A stretch of DNA of 20,000 nucleotides from NCBI GenBank assembly GCA_000934665.2, contig JYFJ02001491.1:58655-78654 (forward strand), in the 5' to 3' direction. The position numbers and the translations under genes are program-made. Shown here piece after piece: positions 1-10,314 of this stretch. This stretch comes from Catajapyx aquilonaris. Taxonomy: Eukaryota. The number at the start of each line of letters is the position of its first letter. Position 1 is the stretch's first letter. The notes beneath the pieces are model-generated. The model made no database searches and was not told where the DNA came from. It saw only the letters and a program-made list of their open reading frames with translations.

Positions 1-334
1 TGTTAATGGGACAAACAACCAGCACAGTCTTGACGTTGAGATCCTCGTGTGTGAGAACAGTGTGGACCAAGGCTATCACCTGCAGCGTCTTGCCCAAGCC
101 CATGCAGTGTGCTAATATGCATCCTGAGCCAGGATGTTGTTCCTTTACCCGCTCCACTGATTCAAACAGAGCATCCCACATGAACTTGATGCCCTTCACT
201 TGGTGGGGCTTCAGCTTCTTCACCAAACTTGGCTCGACACTCACAATCGGCTCCTTTGTTTCTGTATCAAAGTCTAGTACAAATTCTTCCAAGGGCTTGC
301 TTTCATCGGTGGCTGTTTGGAAGATTTTGTTGTA
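1..334 (-). CDS. ATRX: ATRX/XNP coding exon, start of SNF2 helicase ATPase domain (runs off window edge)
   Basis: After acceptor ctcattAG (336-335) it translates YNKIFQ...[75 protein letters not shown]. This contains the ATRX-specific motif I ([15 protein letters not shown]) and motif Ia (VVCP). Phase 0. Confidence 0.97.
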
Positions 335-603
335 CTAATGAGAGAAAAAAGGAGCAGTTATTATACATATATGCCGTGAGTATAACTGTTATACAGGTGT
401 CATATATCCATACATCATCTATCTTCATCCGTGTATATGTTTTAAAATAATTTCAACAAAATAACATACCAAATGTTGACAATGGCTATCTCAACTTTTC
501 AACCGCTCTTAGTAAAGTCTCCACAATTATAAAACGTATTCCAGCTCAAAAATATTTTCTGGGACTTAACGATTTGTAGCATAAAACTGCAAAATAATCT
601 CAC

Positions 604-729
604 CTCTTTCTGCCGATCCTCAATCCTTTTTCGTCGATCCTCCTCCTCTTTGGCTGCTGAACGAGTTTGTGACTTAAGAGCTGTGTCTTTTATAATTTTT
701 TTGATGTTCTTCCTCCCTTTTCCTGGAGA
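604..729 (-). CDS. ATRX: ATRX coding exon (basic/coiled segment preceding the ATPase)
   Basis: SPGKGRKNIKKIIKDTALKSQTRSAAKEEEDRRKRIEDRQKE resembles the ATRX KGRK.I.KI..D...EEERRKRI block. Donor GAG|GTGAGA at 603, acceptor tctcAG at 730, phase 0/0. Confidence 0.9.
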
Positions 730-788
730 CTGAGATTTGAAAACTGTAAGCATCAGCTTTGCAGCCGTGTAAACCACAGTTATTATAC

Positions 789-876
789 CTTTGAGGAGTC
801 CACAATTTGGACATCACTTGAGTTGGGACTGGAGTCACCACTGCTGGCCACCCTTATTCTCCGCCGACGTTTATTT
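789..876 (-). CDS. ATRX: ATRX coding exon (NKRRRRIRVASSGDSSPNSSDVQIVDSSK)
   Basis: Acceptor ttgcAG at 877, donor AAG|GTATAA at 788. Flanked by 59-nt introns; phase 2/0 fits its neighbours. Confidence 0.8.
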
Positions 877-935
877 CTGCAATGAAATTCAGGCATTAAA
901 GCAAGGCTTAACTGCGGATGTGTAACATGCCATAC

Positions 936-1070
936 TTGGAACTTTTCCCAATGTCTTCTGAACTGCTCGATGCTTTCTTTTTATCGGAATCGGAGCTGCT
1001 TGAGCTTGGACTGGTAATTGCCTTCACACTCGAGTCTGATGAAGCAATGCGAATGCGTTTCTTGCGTGGC
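936..1070 (-). CDS. ATRX: ATRX coding exon (PRKKRIRIASSDSS...SSSEDIGKSS)
   Basis: Acceptor ttgcAG at 1071, donor AA|GTATGG at 935, phase 2/2. Ser/Lys-rich linker composition. Confidence 0.8.
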
Positions 1071-1212
1071 CTGCAAGGCAAATGCATGATTGAGATAATC
1101 AAGTGCTGCTGTCCCTGACAGTTTGGTATCTGAGTACGCATGATTTAACCTCTGGTGCCGCACAGCAGCCTCTTTTCTATGAAATTCCATAATAATAAAC
1201 AGCTCAACTCAC

Positions 1213-1376
1213 GATACTGAAGGCTTAGCATCATCACTATCGCTGGAACCCAATTTGACAGGCTGTCTGCGACTCATGGCTTTCTGTACCCTACTTTCTT
1301 CTTCACTGCTGTCGGTCTCACTCAGTTTTTCCTTGAGGAGCTTGTGCGTCTTAACGCGTGTCTGCATTCTGGGTTC
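1213..1376 (-). CDS. ATRX: ATRX coding exon (EPRMQTRVKTHKLLKEKLSETDSSEEE...)
   Basis: Acceptor cttgcAG at 1377, donor TC|GTGAGT at 1212, phase 0/2. HKLLKEKL resembles the ATRX HRLLRHKL-type linker block (recalled). Confidence 0.75.
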
Positions 1377-1433
1377 CTGCAAGATTTACAATACAGCATT
1401 ACCATGCCACTGCATTCAGTTGCAAAATATTAC

Positions 1434-1561
1434 TTCATCGAATTCTTCGTCAGATTTCTTCTTCTCCTCTTCTTCCTCCACCTTACGCTTCTTTGCCTTT
1501 GGTTCCTCTGAGGTCTTCCTTGACCTCCTTTTACCAGTCACTTTGACGCTGCCCTCAGAAT
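1434..1561 (-). CDS. ATRX: ATRX coding exon (DSEGSVKVTGKRRSRKTSEEPKAKKRKVEEEEKKKSDEEFDE)
   Basis: Acceptor tttacAG at 1562, donor GAA|GTAATA at 1433 (57-nt intron), phase 1/0. Contains NLS-like KAKKRK. Confidence 0.8.
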
Positions 1562-1800
1562 CTGTAAACATGACAGAAGTCATTTAGGCCAGTTCGAATA
1601 TAAAATGTGTGCAGGTGATGAGATTATCCTTGAAATTATCCTTGCAGAATTTCAAACAGTGACGGTAAGTTTACAATCATGCCACAGTGTACGATTGTGC
1701 AAGCTAGGCAGGTCAGCCTAACGGTTTAAAATCGGCCAAACTGCAATGGCAGATTAAATTATGGTATTGAGAAAAAGTGTAAATAATTATGTGACTAATG

Positions 1801-1908
1801 GAGTACGTTGCTAAAATCAGCCACTGCCGCAGTGAAACCAAAGAGTAACAATAAAATAAAAATAAGGAATATTCTTATTTTACTGTTACTCTTTTTAGCA
1901 ACGTACTC
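1801..1908. mobile_element. Small fold-back element / MITE remnant
   Basis: Perfect 16-bp terminal inverted repeat GAGTACGTTGCTAAAA / TTTTAGCAACGTACTC plus an inner inverted repeat (aaagagtaaca / tgttactcttt). ATG flanks both sides. Confidence 0.55.
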
Positions 1909-2627
1909 ATGGTATGACAACTTTGTTGGCAAGAACTTTGAATTTGACACTAAATAGCAAAGCAGTCAGCAAAGCTACTCATGCAGCTCGATAAATTCAC
2001 GTCAGCGTGACACACAAAGCCATGATAATTACCCACATGTCATTATTATTGAATGCACCTAGTGCAGTATTTGCACTAGTAAAATCAGCCTGCCTTATTA
2101 TATCAAATGACATTCTAAGGATTGTGGTGAAGAACTTGTTTAAAAATTTGTGAAATTAAGCTCACAAAATACCAAATTTACAGTAAAAGTGTATCCTTGC
2201 TTCCTGCCACAGCCACGCCCTTGTAGGCTTCAACAAGAAGTTTAAAACATGGTGAAGAGCCAGCTGTGCAGGTGAACAGGTCAGTGTTGTGTAACAATTA
2301 TTTCATTCATGAAACACACATGCACTGAAATTACACAACGTCCAGCTGTTGCCAGTAACTGCCATAAATGAAACGTTCATAATGCAATAATATGCTATAA
2401 AGCTTTTAATATATTTGCTTTATTTTTACAGGTATTTATAAGCAAGCAAGATGTGGTCATAAAAAGTAGCTCACCAACGACTGGCACTAAAGGTATGCAT
2501 AAGAGACAAAGCAATAGTTTGGTCTTGGCAAAGATATGCAATGTAATTTGTCACACTCAATGGAAACCTTTTCAGCAACAAAATTTTTTCACTGATTCGG
2601 TTGCAGACACAATGGAAAATGGCTTAC

Positions 2628-2729
2628 CAGAATTCGATGAAGCCAGCAAATTTTCTTTGGCTACTTGATTGGGATCCTCCGATGCGCCTTTAATTTTCAG
2701 TTGTTCATTATTCTTCACTTCAGCTTCAT
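2628..2729 (-). CDS. ATRX: ATRX coding exon (DEAEVKNNEQLKIKGASEDPNQVAKENLLASSNS)
   Basis: Acceptor cattgtAG at 2730, strong donor CTG|GTAAGC at 2627. 102 nt, phase 1/1, bridging the 5100 and 1561 junctions. Confidence 0.8.
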
Positions 2730-3513
2730 CTACAATGACATAAATTGTTACTCATACTGTATCAGTTTAGGCAAGTCACATTCATGGAATACCACCAAAT
2801 ACTTATTGGTTGATTTTTTTAAAAATTATCACAGTTCTCCCTAACATCTTTTTCAAAAATCTGGTACCTCACTTGGCACCCGAATTGCACCAACTGCTAT
2901 TGCACATATTAAATGTCATATGATACATGATAATCAAATACCTTATTCGAGCTCTCTAACTGGTACCAATACATCTTGATGTCAATGCACGAGTAAAAAA
3001 AATATAAACTGCATAAGCTTAAAATAAACAAATATTTACAAAATTCAGTGGAAAGGACAAGTTTGCATTATTCTTACGATATGTTGGTGGACAAAATAAT
3101 GGCCTTGTCCTCCTACGAAAAACGAGAAATCGGTGGGCAGGACAAACAGCAAGAAATACCCTCATCCTCCCAGTGTGAGTCCACCTCTTGTGCAAGGACA
3201 AATCCATTGTTACTTCCAACAATGCCATTCAAAATATTTCTAAACAAAAATATGTCTTGCCACCCTGGAATTATTGAATGTAATCCAGGGCAGTAACAAG
3301 AAACAACTTCCTTTGCCTAGTGGTTTTGAAGTCAGAAGGAATCTCATTGTTGCTTAATGACCTCTGAGTAACCCTTTTTGGACTGTCGTGTGTCTCATAA
3401 TTGCTACCTGCCCATGACCTTGAAGATAAAGGGTGAGGAAAGGGGCCTATTTTTGGTTGGGAAACTCGAAATCTGACTCATGTGATTCGTAGGTGCCTGG
3501 TAGGTGCCTTTTA

Positions 3514-4650
3514 GGGCCGATTTCTCGAACAGTGGTTCAAGTCAGTTTGAACTGGGTTTGCGTCTACACGCTGGATGGAGTTTAAACTCCCCTTCCGAGT
3601 GTGTGTATTTCTCGAGCGTAAACATACCCTCGGTTACTATGTGAACGACAAGACTCGGTTAGAATTACGCCGTTGCCACATGTCGCGTCGTCCCCATTTT
3701 CCCGACCCGGTCAGAGCTTCAGCGCGAGTCTTTACCGGCTTGTAAACAAACTCTAGTCAGCAAGTCTCGAAGGCGGAGTGAGGGACATCGCATTTGAAAG
3801 TGACATTTTTTGACTAGTTGCCGACGTTACGCCGTAAAATGATTTTTTATGGCACTTTTTGGAGGCCAAAAAATTCACGCTGTGGACCCTGGATAGTGCA
3901 AATCTTTGTCTTTCTAATGATATTTTTGAAACTCGGAAATCGCCATTTGCGTAATCATAATTACGTTAATTGCACACCTCTGTTATCTCGGCCGTTTATA
4001 TTCCGAATTACTTCGCGAATGTACCGACGGAAAGCCAGAAATGTGCGCGATAAAATTACATAGTGCTACACTAAGAATTTTAAACGTATTTAAAAGTATC
4101 GCCGTCTATTCCCGCCAGAAATCGGGCTGAGTACTTGTCTATTAAACTTACTAAAACAATACTTTTGAAAATTTTAGTGTAATAGAGCACAATGTAATTT
4201 TATCACGCACATTTCTGGCTTGCCGTCGAAACATTCGCGAAGTAATTCGGACGAGAAACGGCCGAGATAACTGAGGTGTGCAATTAACGTAATTATGATT
4301 ACACATAGTTGCGATTTCTAAGTTTCAAGCATATCATTAGAAAGACAAAGATTTGCACTATCTGTGGTTCACAGGGGGAATTTTTTGGCCTCCGAAAAGT
4401 GCCATAAAAAATCATTTTGCGGTGCAACGTCGGCAACTAGTCAAAAAATGACACCTTTCATTGTTGTTCCCGGCATTCCAAACCCAGTTTATTTCAGATA
4501 ACGGCCGGCAATCGGGCCGTCAGATGTGAACCGAGTTTAAACCGTATCCATGGTTTGTTTTTGCCTCGAGAAATGGAAATTTCTCTGAACTGGGTTCAAA
4601 CCGGACTTGAACCTTGTTTACATTTGAACCATTGTTCGAGAAATCGGCCC
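3514..4650. mobile_element. Non-autonomous PIF/Harbinger-like DNA transposon in an ATRX intron
   Basis: 27-bp TIR GGGCCGATTTCTCGAACA(G/A)TGGTTCAA with 1 mismatch. TTA target-site duplication at 3511-3513 and 4651-4653. No transposase ORF. Confidence 0.85.
3795..4460. repeat. Long imperfect inverted repeat (arms ~3795-4098 and ~4148-4460) inside the Harbinger-like element
   Basis: Matching blocks include ttttttgactagttgccgacgtt / aacgtcggcaactagtcaaaaaa, gatagtgcaaatctttgtctttctaatgatat / atatcattagaaagacaaagatttgcactatc and taatcataattacgttaattgcacacctc / gaggtgtgcaattaacgtaattatgatta. Confidence 0.95.
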
Positions 4651-4861
4651 TTAGTTCATCAGTCCAGTTTTAAAATGTCGGGGAAGAGGAAGGGGTTGAC
4701 ACAGGTTCAGCATATTGCCCGAGTCTGGGCTGAAGGCCCAATGGAGCAGGCGAAATTATGATTTTGCACCCTATTGAGATAAGGTGCTTATTTTTGCTCC
4801 CCCCATTATCCTCTCTTTCTTGAGGGCAAAAAAAAATAAATAGTAACGTCCTTGATCTGGT

Positions 4862-4935
4862 TATAGCTGAAACCTGTCCATTACGGAAAAATTTTGGGGT
4901 CCCATGCGATTCCGCTATACACAGGTTTCACTGTA
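4862..4935. mobile_element. Tc1/mariner(pogo)-type MITE remnant
   Basis: Ends in caggtttcactgTA (reverse complement TAcagtgaaacctg), with a partial inverted copy tgaaacctgt near 4868. Confidence 0.4.
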
Positions 4936-5099
4936 TTATAATTATGCATAGCCTTACATGACTCAAAAACTTATGTGCAACAGTATTTGTGCAATTCTGG
5001 TGCCAATTAAAGTAGCTACATTTCTGAAATGAACAGTTCACTCACATGCAGTACTTTGCAGCAAAATTGTAAATAGGATTTAAAAGCTCTTGTACAAAC

Positions 5100-6895
5100 C
5101 TGATTCCTCCAAGTCTGAGCTGCTGTTAAAATAGATCTTACTCTTCCTTTTCTTATTGGTCGCATTACCATCCTTCTTAGACTTGGATTTCTTTTCTTTC
5201 TTCTTCTGTTTTATTGATTTCAGATTTTCCAGCCTGCTGATTTCTGTATCTGTATCAGCACCAGAGGTGTTGCCAACTTTTGTTCTCTGTTGCTTAGCAG
5301 GAGTTGCATCAAATAGTTTTACATAGCCATCCACTTCCAGCTGCTCTACTTTAGATGGTGATATCGGTGAGAGTTTCACTTTACATGGACGGATAGCAGG
5401 TTCAGAATCAGTGCTGTCAGCATTCTCATTATCAGCAGCATTGTCACTTGCACTGGATGAAGTTTGGTAGTTTTTAATCTTAGCAGCACCCTTGGACTTC
5501 GAGCAGTCAGAAGCATTCTTCTTTTGCTTGCTGTTGTCATCCCTACTGCGACGAGACATACGTTTTTTACGCCTATGCAATGGTGAGTAGTCAGTGTCAC
5601 CTTCATCACTGCTCTCCAGCAACGCCTTTCTAGCCTCTTCGTTCTCATTCTTAAATGCTTTGGTTTCCAAATCAGATTTTGTGTTTACTTCCTCATCGGT
5701 CTCCGGCTTTCCGTCACCTTCTTTGGCCTTTGATGGGCTCTCAATATCACTGGTCTTTGAAGGGCTCTCAATATCACTGGCCTTTGAAGGGCTCTCAACA
5801 TCATTGGCTTCTTCCATGCCAGAATCATTATATGGAATTGCAGGGGAGGCCAATGCCGTTGATGCATGACTGTCCACTTCCATCTTCTCATCATCTAGCA
5901 TTTTCTGCTCACTGCCTGACTGTTCTGATTCTGGTTCACTGTTATTAGCGCAGGGACTTGGACATTCATCATCGCTGGTTGGAGACTCAAATTTGTCTGT
6001 GACTGGAGGGGATAGTGGGCTTGGAGCATGGTCATTTTCAAGAGCCTCAACCTTAATCTTGGATGTATCCGTACTACTGCAAGTTTCCCTGTCAACAGTT
6101 GAATTCCTTACATCTTTAGGTGAGGATCTACCTTCTCTAATGCTGGTGCATGGATCTCTGTCGGTTGGGTCTTTGACATCAGGCACAGGTGTGTCCATTG
6201 CATCACTGGTGCTCGGAACCGGATCCATGCTATCTGGCACGCATCTGAGGTTTCTTTTCACTAATGGAGTGGACGTCATGACCGGGTTGCCCACACTGGG
6301 ATTGTTCTCATTATACTCATCCTCATTCTCCGCACCAACCTCACTATCATCAACGTCTATTGATGCAAGTTGTTTAGTCTTTTTCTTCCTCTCCGTTTTC
6401 TTCCTGTTTTCATCCTCATTCTCTGAATCAACCTCACCATCATCAACTTTTATTGATGCACGTTGTTTAGTCTTTTTCTTCACAACAGCTTTCTTGGTTT
6501 TGGTTCCATGAGAACCTAACCACAGCAAATTCTGGTCATGTTTCCGCAGCATGTCCATCTTATTCTTGATAACCTTCCTTAATTCAGACACTGGGTCATT
6601 TCCACTCAATGCCAACAATGCCTCCTTTTTCATGTCACTTCCAATCTCCCTAATGCTTTCAGCTATCGACTGGGGTGTCCCCTTTTCCGCTTGGCTCTTG
6701 TACAGTTCAAGTGCAGCCCAGCACACAGCTCTCAGACTCCACACAGACTGAGTATCACAAGCAAAGCATATCCACTCTAATTCGCTCTCAATATCACAAA
6801 GAACCTTCCGGCCTAAGTTGGTGCGCACACACTTCTTGCAAAAGACATTGCTGCAGGCACTACAGCAAATCATATTTCCACCCTGGGCACACCAC
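5100..6895 (-). CDS. ATRX: ATRX large exon: PHD-like half of the ADD domain plus long disordered linker
   Basis: WCAQGGNMICCSACSNVFCKKCVRTNLGRKVLCDIESELEWICFAC is the ADD PHD finger (human CRWCAEGGNLICCDFCHNAFCKKCILRNLGRKE, recalled). Acceptor ttgtAG at 6896, donor CAG|GTTTGT at 5099, phase 2/1. Confidence 0.95.
5725..5805 (-). repeat. 3 x 27-bp coding tandem repeat (unit ~ D-[IV]-E-S-P-S-K-[AT]-S)
   Basis: Units ggcctttgatgggctctcaatatcact, ggtctttgaagggctctcaatatcact and ggcctttgaagggctctcaacatcatt. Confidence 0.9.
6317..6481 (-). repeat. Coding tandem duplication with 93-bp period (KKKTKQ.ASI.VDD.EV..ENEDE x2)
   Basis: 6317-6388 and 6410-6481 align with few mismatches. Confidence 0.9.
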
Positions 6896-7398
6896 CTACA
6901 ATACAAATAATGAAAATTACTGTTCTACTCTGCAGACCTGCATCAAAAGTTTAATCTATCAGATGGACACACTCTTGGTGGGAGCTTATTATTAGCCAAT
7001 AAACCTGTGCCATAAACTTCAAGATATGTCTGGCTGAGAAACATTCCTTTCCACATTTGAAGGCACTTCATTAAGAGAGCAAGTTTTCTTATTATTCAGC
7101 CTTTTTGAAACATGAAATTGTAACAAAATATAAGTGCATAAGTGCTAGAAATACCCTCATATGGTAGATAATAATTCACATATATCTTTCTAGTGTAATG
7201 GTATTCCAATTTGCACAAAATATTAGTGGTGAGAAGAGAACAGTATCTCCTGCAAAACTAGGGAACCTACATGCTGGACGAGGGGACACAGACCTTCACT
7301 CTGAAAACACTTACACAATTGAAACATTATGTACACGAGTGAATTCAACTAGTACATCATTTGCCAATGAGGCAATTAAAAATATCATAAAGCTTCAC

Positions 7399-7579
7399 CT
7401 GCAATACTTTTCCCAGTCATCATCATCCTTAGGAAACATGCCATTCCCATAGAACTTGGAGCACCTGCAGCACACCAGCACCTGGAGGGTCGGATGGATT
7501 CGAACGGCCTTCATGTTGGGATTCATGTAACACCGGCAGGCAGTGCACACCAGACGCATATTTTCTATATCAGTCACAT
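7399..7579 (-). CDS. ATRX: ATRX coding exon: GATA-like half of the ADD domain
   Basis: LVCTACRCYMNPNMKAVRIHPTLQVLVCCRCSKFYGNGMFPKDDDDWEKYCR carries the CTAC...HP.LQVL.C..C signature. Donor AG|GTGAAG at 7398. Acceptor gaAG at 7580 (an alternative in-phase tatAG lies 15 nt downstream). Confidence 0.93.
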
Positions 7580-7693
7580 CTTCAGTTAGCCAAAAGAAGG
7601 GGGAAGGAAGCATTAGATATACACATCCCATAGAACACAGTGTCAGAATATGCAACAAAATCAGTTATGAAGTGTATGGATAAAGCTAATTAC

Positions 7694-8436
7694 CAGGAAA
7701 CATATCCAAGTGGTGAGCTAATTCTTCATCACATGAGGGCACAAATGTTAGGAGAACATGTTCCTCAGGATTTGGTGAGGAGTCAGAGAATGATCCAGAC
7801 TCCGAATACTCATGCTCGCCGTTATCCAAGGTTTTGGAGCACGAGGGTTTATTTTCCTTGCCATTGCTTCCAATGTATGACAACTTGACTGACACTGAAT
7901 GACTTAAGTTTGGATTCACTTCAGTATTGCTTTTCTCAGGCATGGCAGGGCCGGTTGATTCAGTAATCGTCTCCTTCTTCAAATTTGAATCCACACTGAC
8001 ATCAGGTATAGAATCTTTTGATGAATTTACACCTACTGGTGAATTTTGCTGTGGTGATTGCTCAATTTCTTCTTCTAATTCAGGCACATCATCTGACTGT
8101 GATAATGGTTTTTCTCCAACCGAGTGCCAAGTTTCTCGCGATTTATCACTTACAGGTGATGAATCACAAGACAATTGGCAATGCATGTCTGGAACTGTTC
8201 CATCTCCAGCATTGGATTTGTCCAGGGTAGATTTATCTGCGCAGTCCACCTTTTCTTCCTTCACAATTGATTGCTCCTTGTGAAAGCTGCCAGCACCTGA
8301 ATTGACAGGTGACATTATGGTTTCTTCTAAGCTATTATCGTCAGACACGTCTCCTTCCCTCTTTCTCATATTGCACCCAGAATCCCATGGGCAGTTTGGA
8401 AGACTAGTCTTACTGCTTGGAGCTTCAGAATGACAT
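7694..8436 (-). CDS. ATRX: ATRX N-terminal acidic/Ser-rich coding exon
   Basis: Open for 743 nt (includes ORF 7686-8369). Acceptor atttccAG at 8437; donor CTG|GTAATT at 7693 is in phase with the ADD exon. The start codon may be in this exon (ATG at 8369) or upstream. Confidence 0.85.
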
Positions 8437-8656
8437 CTGGAAATAAATGTTTAAGACACCTTTTAGAGCCAGCTGCGTCACTGCAGGTGCATAACTGCAT
8501 GTGGGTAATGGCAGGTTCAACCATGCTAATAATTGTTTGAGAAGAATGACAGCTACATTTCATGCACCTAAAGAATTTTGCACCACAGGGAAACGAATTG
8601 CGCTTACACTCACATCTGTGGATATTTCATTCACACTTAAGAGTCACATTCAATAC

Positions 8657-8748
8657 CTAACTGCAAGATGCGGCTTTGGTTCTCTATGGGCAATTCCGCA
8701 GAAAAGCGGACATGAGATGTGATTTTTCAATCTCAGAGCAAGTGGTAT
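8657..8748 (-). CDS. ATRX: Candidate upstream ATRX exon (IPLALRLKNHISCPLFCGIAHREPKPHLAVR)
   Basis: Acceptor gcttAG, donor AG|GTATTG. Phase 0/2 fits the 8436 acceptor. No homology support. Confidence 0.3.
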
Positions 8749-9130
8749 CTAAGCACATAAAATCCAAGAATGGACGCCATAGATTCATTTGCCATATTAC
8801 TTTCTGACACTTTCAAACCCAGTGGCCCAGAATCCGTTGCTTTCCAAAGTGCGGCCTCTCGGGTTTCCGTGCGTGTAACATGCATTGCCATCGTATTGCT
8901 CACTGTAGTGGACTTATGAAAGAAGTGAGACTGTTTTATATCATGTCAAAAACAAGGAAATGACCTATGATCGACCCGTATAATTTTCCCATTTACGTGA
9001 CTGTATCACTTTCTACAGCCATATCAAAATGTGCCATTTTTAAGTGTTGGTGAGTTATGAACTTTTGCGAATAATTGGCTGTGCACATCTGCTTTTTCAA
9101 ATGGAGCCATCAAATCTCAGATCCTTCGTA

Positions 9131-9570
9131 AAGTGGGCTTTACACAGTTGTTCCTACTCCGACTTCGACTGTATTCGAACATTGAACCTACTGTGTAAAT
9201 GGCATTCCGTGTCGGAGCCAGGGAGGCCAGCTCAGGTCACCTGGGCAGATAGGAGACGAGAGAATGGGCGGGGCAAAACGTCGGATTGACTGTGCGAATG
9301 ACTGTCCGACTCATCCCGCCTCTCTGATTGGTTAGTGAGGTCTTCTAATCGACCTCGTTGCCCCCACACCACCTTCACCTCCACCTTTTTATTAGTAAAC
9401 AAACTATGCCCCCACACTCCACCCTCCTCCACAAAAATGTGTCCCTCCACCTTCGAACATGGAACATTGGACACCGGACATCGAACAGCAGACCTCTGTC
9501 TGAACAGGGTGTCCAATGCCTCCGAGTCAGAGGTGGAGTCGGAGTCGGATCGAATGTGTAGAGCCTACTT
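9131..9570. mobile_element. Non-autonomous DNA transposon (MITE) flanked by TA
   Basis: TIR AAGTGGGCTTTACACA / TGTGTAGAGCCTACTT (2 mismatches), extending into ctccgact / agtcggag. TA at 9129-9130 and 9571-9572. GC-richer interior. Confidence 0.7.
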
Positions 9571-9849
9571 TAGACTTGAATATTCCACTTGTATACAAAA
9601 TTGCAGCCCCATAGGACGTTTTGACCTTGGTATGTCAGCATAACGCACTATTCCAACCACCCGCACATTTGCCCCAATCAAAGCAGGCTGACGATGGGAT
9701 TAGTCATACACTGATTACAGTCTACATTTTTAATATGCACTGTGCAACAGAATTTGCCTGTACACTCACCCATTTTCATTGCAACATTATTTTAGAACGG
9801 TACCGGTACCAGAAGCATTCAATTTTTTTTGGCAAGGATCAAAATTACG

Positions 9850-10024
9850 GACATCTACCTCGATGATTGCGGCATGCCAGCCACCCCCGGGTTATACCGA
9901 CATGCTGGTCGACCTCGTTTTATACCGGCATGCCGCTTTATGTGAGGTAATACGGCATCCATGTTTGCCGATTATCAGGCGACACCGGTGCAGTCATTAG
10001 CCCGGATAATCTGGAGTACAGTGT
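9850..10024. mobile_element. Degenerate Tc1/pogo-type MITE remnant
   Basis: Right end ccggataatctggagtacagtgTA resembles the common CAGT...CGATTATCCGG TIR class, with internal copies of cgattatc/ttataccg. Left end is decayed. Confidence 0.35.
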
Positions 10025-10195
10025 ATTCAAGGGCTACAGAGGCATATGAATTTCATTTGCTGAGGCTTTTCCACGTCAGAAAAAAGCATATTAGTAATGG
10101 AAAATGGCAGAGGGATGGTGCATTATCATGCATGTTGGTGCTTTATGATAACAATTTCTGCAATACTGTCGCTAATAATGACAATGGCACTAAAC

Positions 10196-10314
10196 CTTTG
10201 GTATCATTGTGTTCCTCACACTCTCCTCTTCCATATGCACTTTAGCTTCAAAAGCAATGCTCTCAGAATTCACAGAGTTTTGCCCCTGTGCATGAGACCC
10301 CAGAAAAGTGTGTT
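10196..10314 (-). CDS. ATRX: Candidate upstream ATRX exon (...NSESIAFEAKVHMEEESVRNTMIPK)
   Basis: Acceptor attgcAG, donor AAG|GTTTAG. Its phase-0 end fits candidate exon 8657-8748. Composition is coding-like but the call is speculative. Confidence 0.2.

Noticed and set aside
1150..1176. 27-nt in-phase ATRX micro-exon (KEAAVRHQR)
   Set aside because: It would need a 36-nt upstream intron and a weak GTTAAA donor; direct splicing 1212 to 1071 is already in phase.
4654..4665. Hammerhead core CTGATGA on the minus strand at the Harbinger junction
   Set aside because: No properly placed GAAA or stem II, even after removing the insertion.
5594..8283. Plus-strand ORFs such as 5594-5869, 5993-6511 and 7927-8283 (also 6-338 and 1255-1587)
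   Set aside because: They are antisense shadows of ATRX exons with Ser/Leu/Phe-rich composition.
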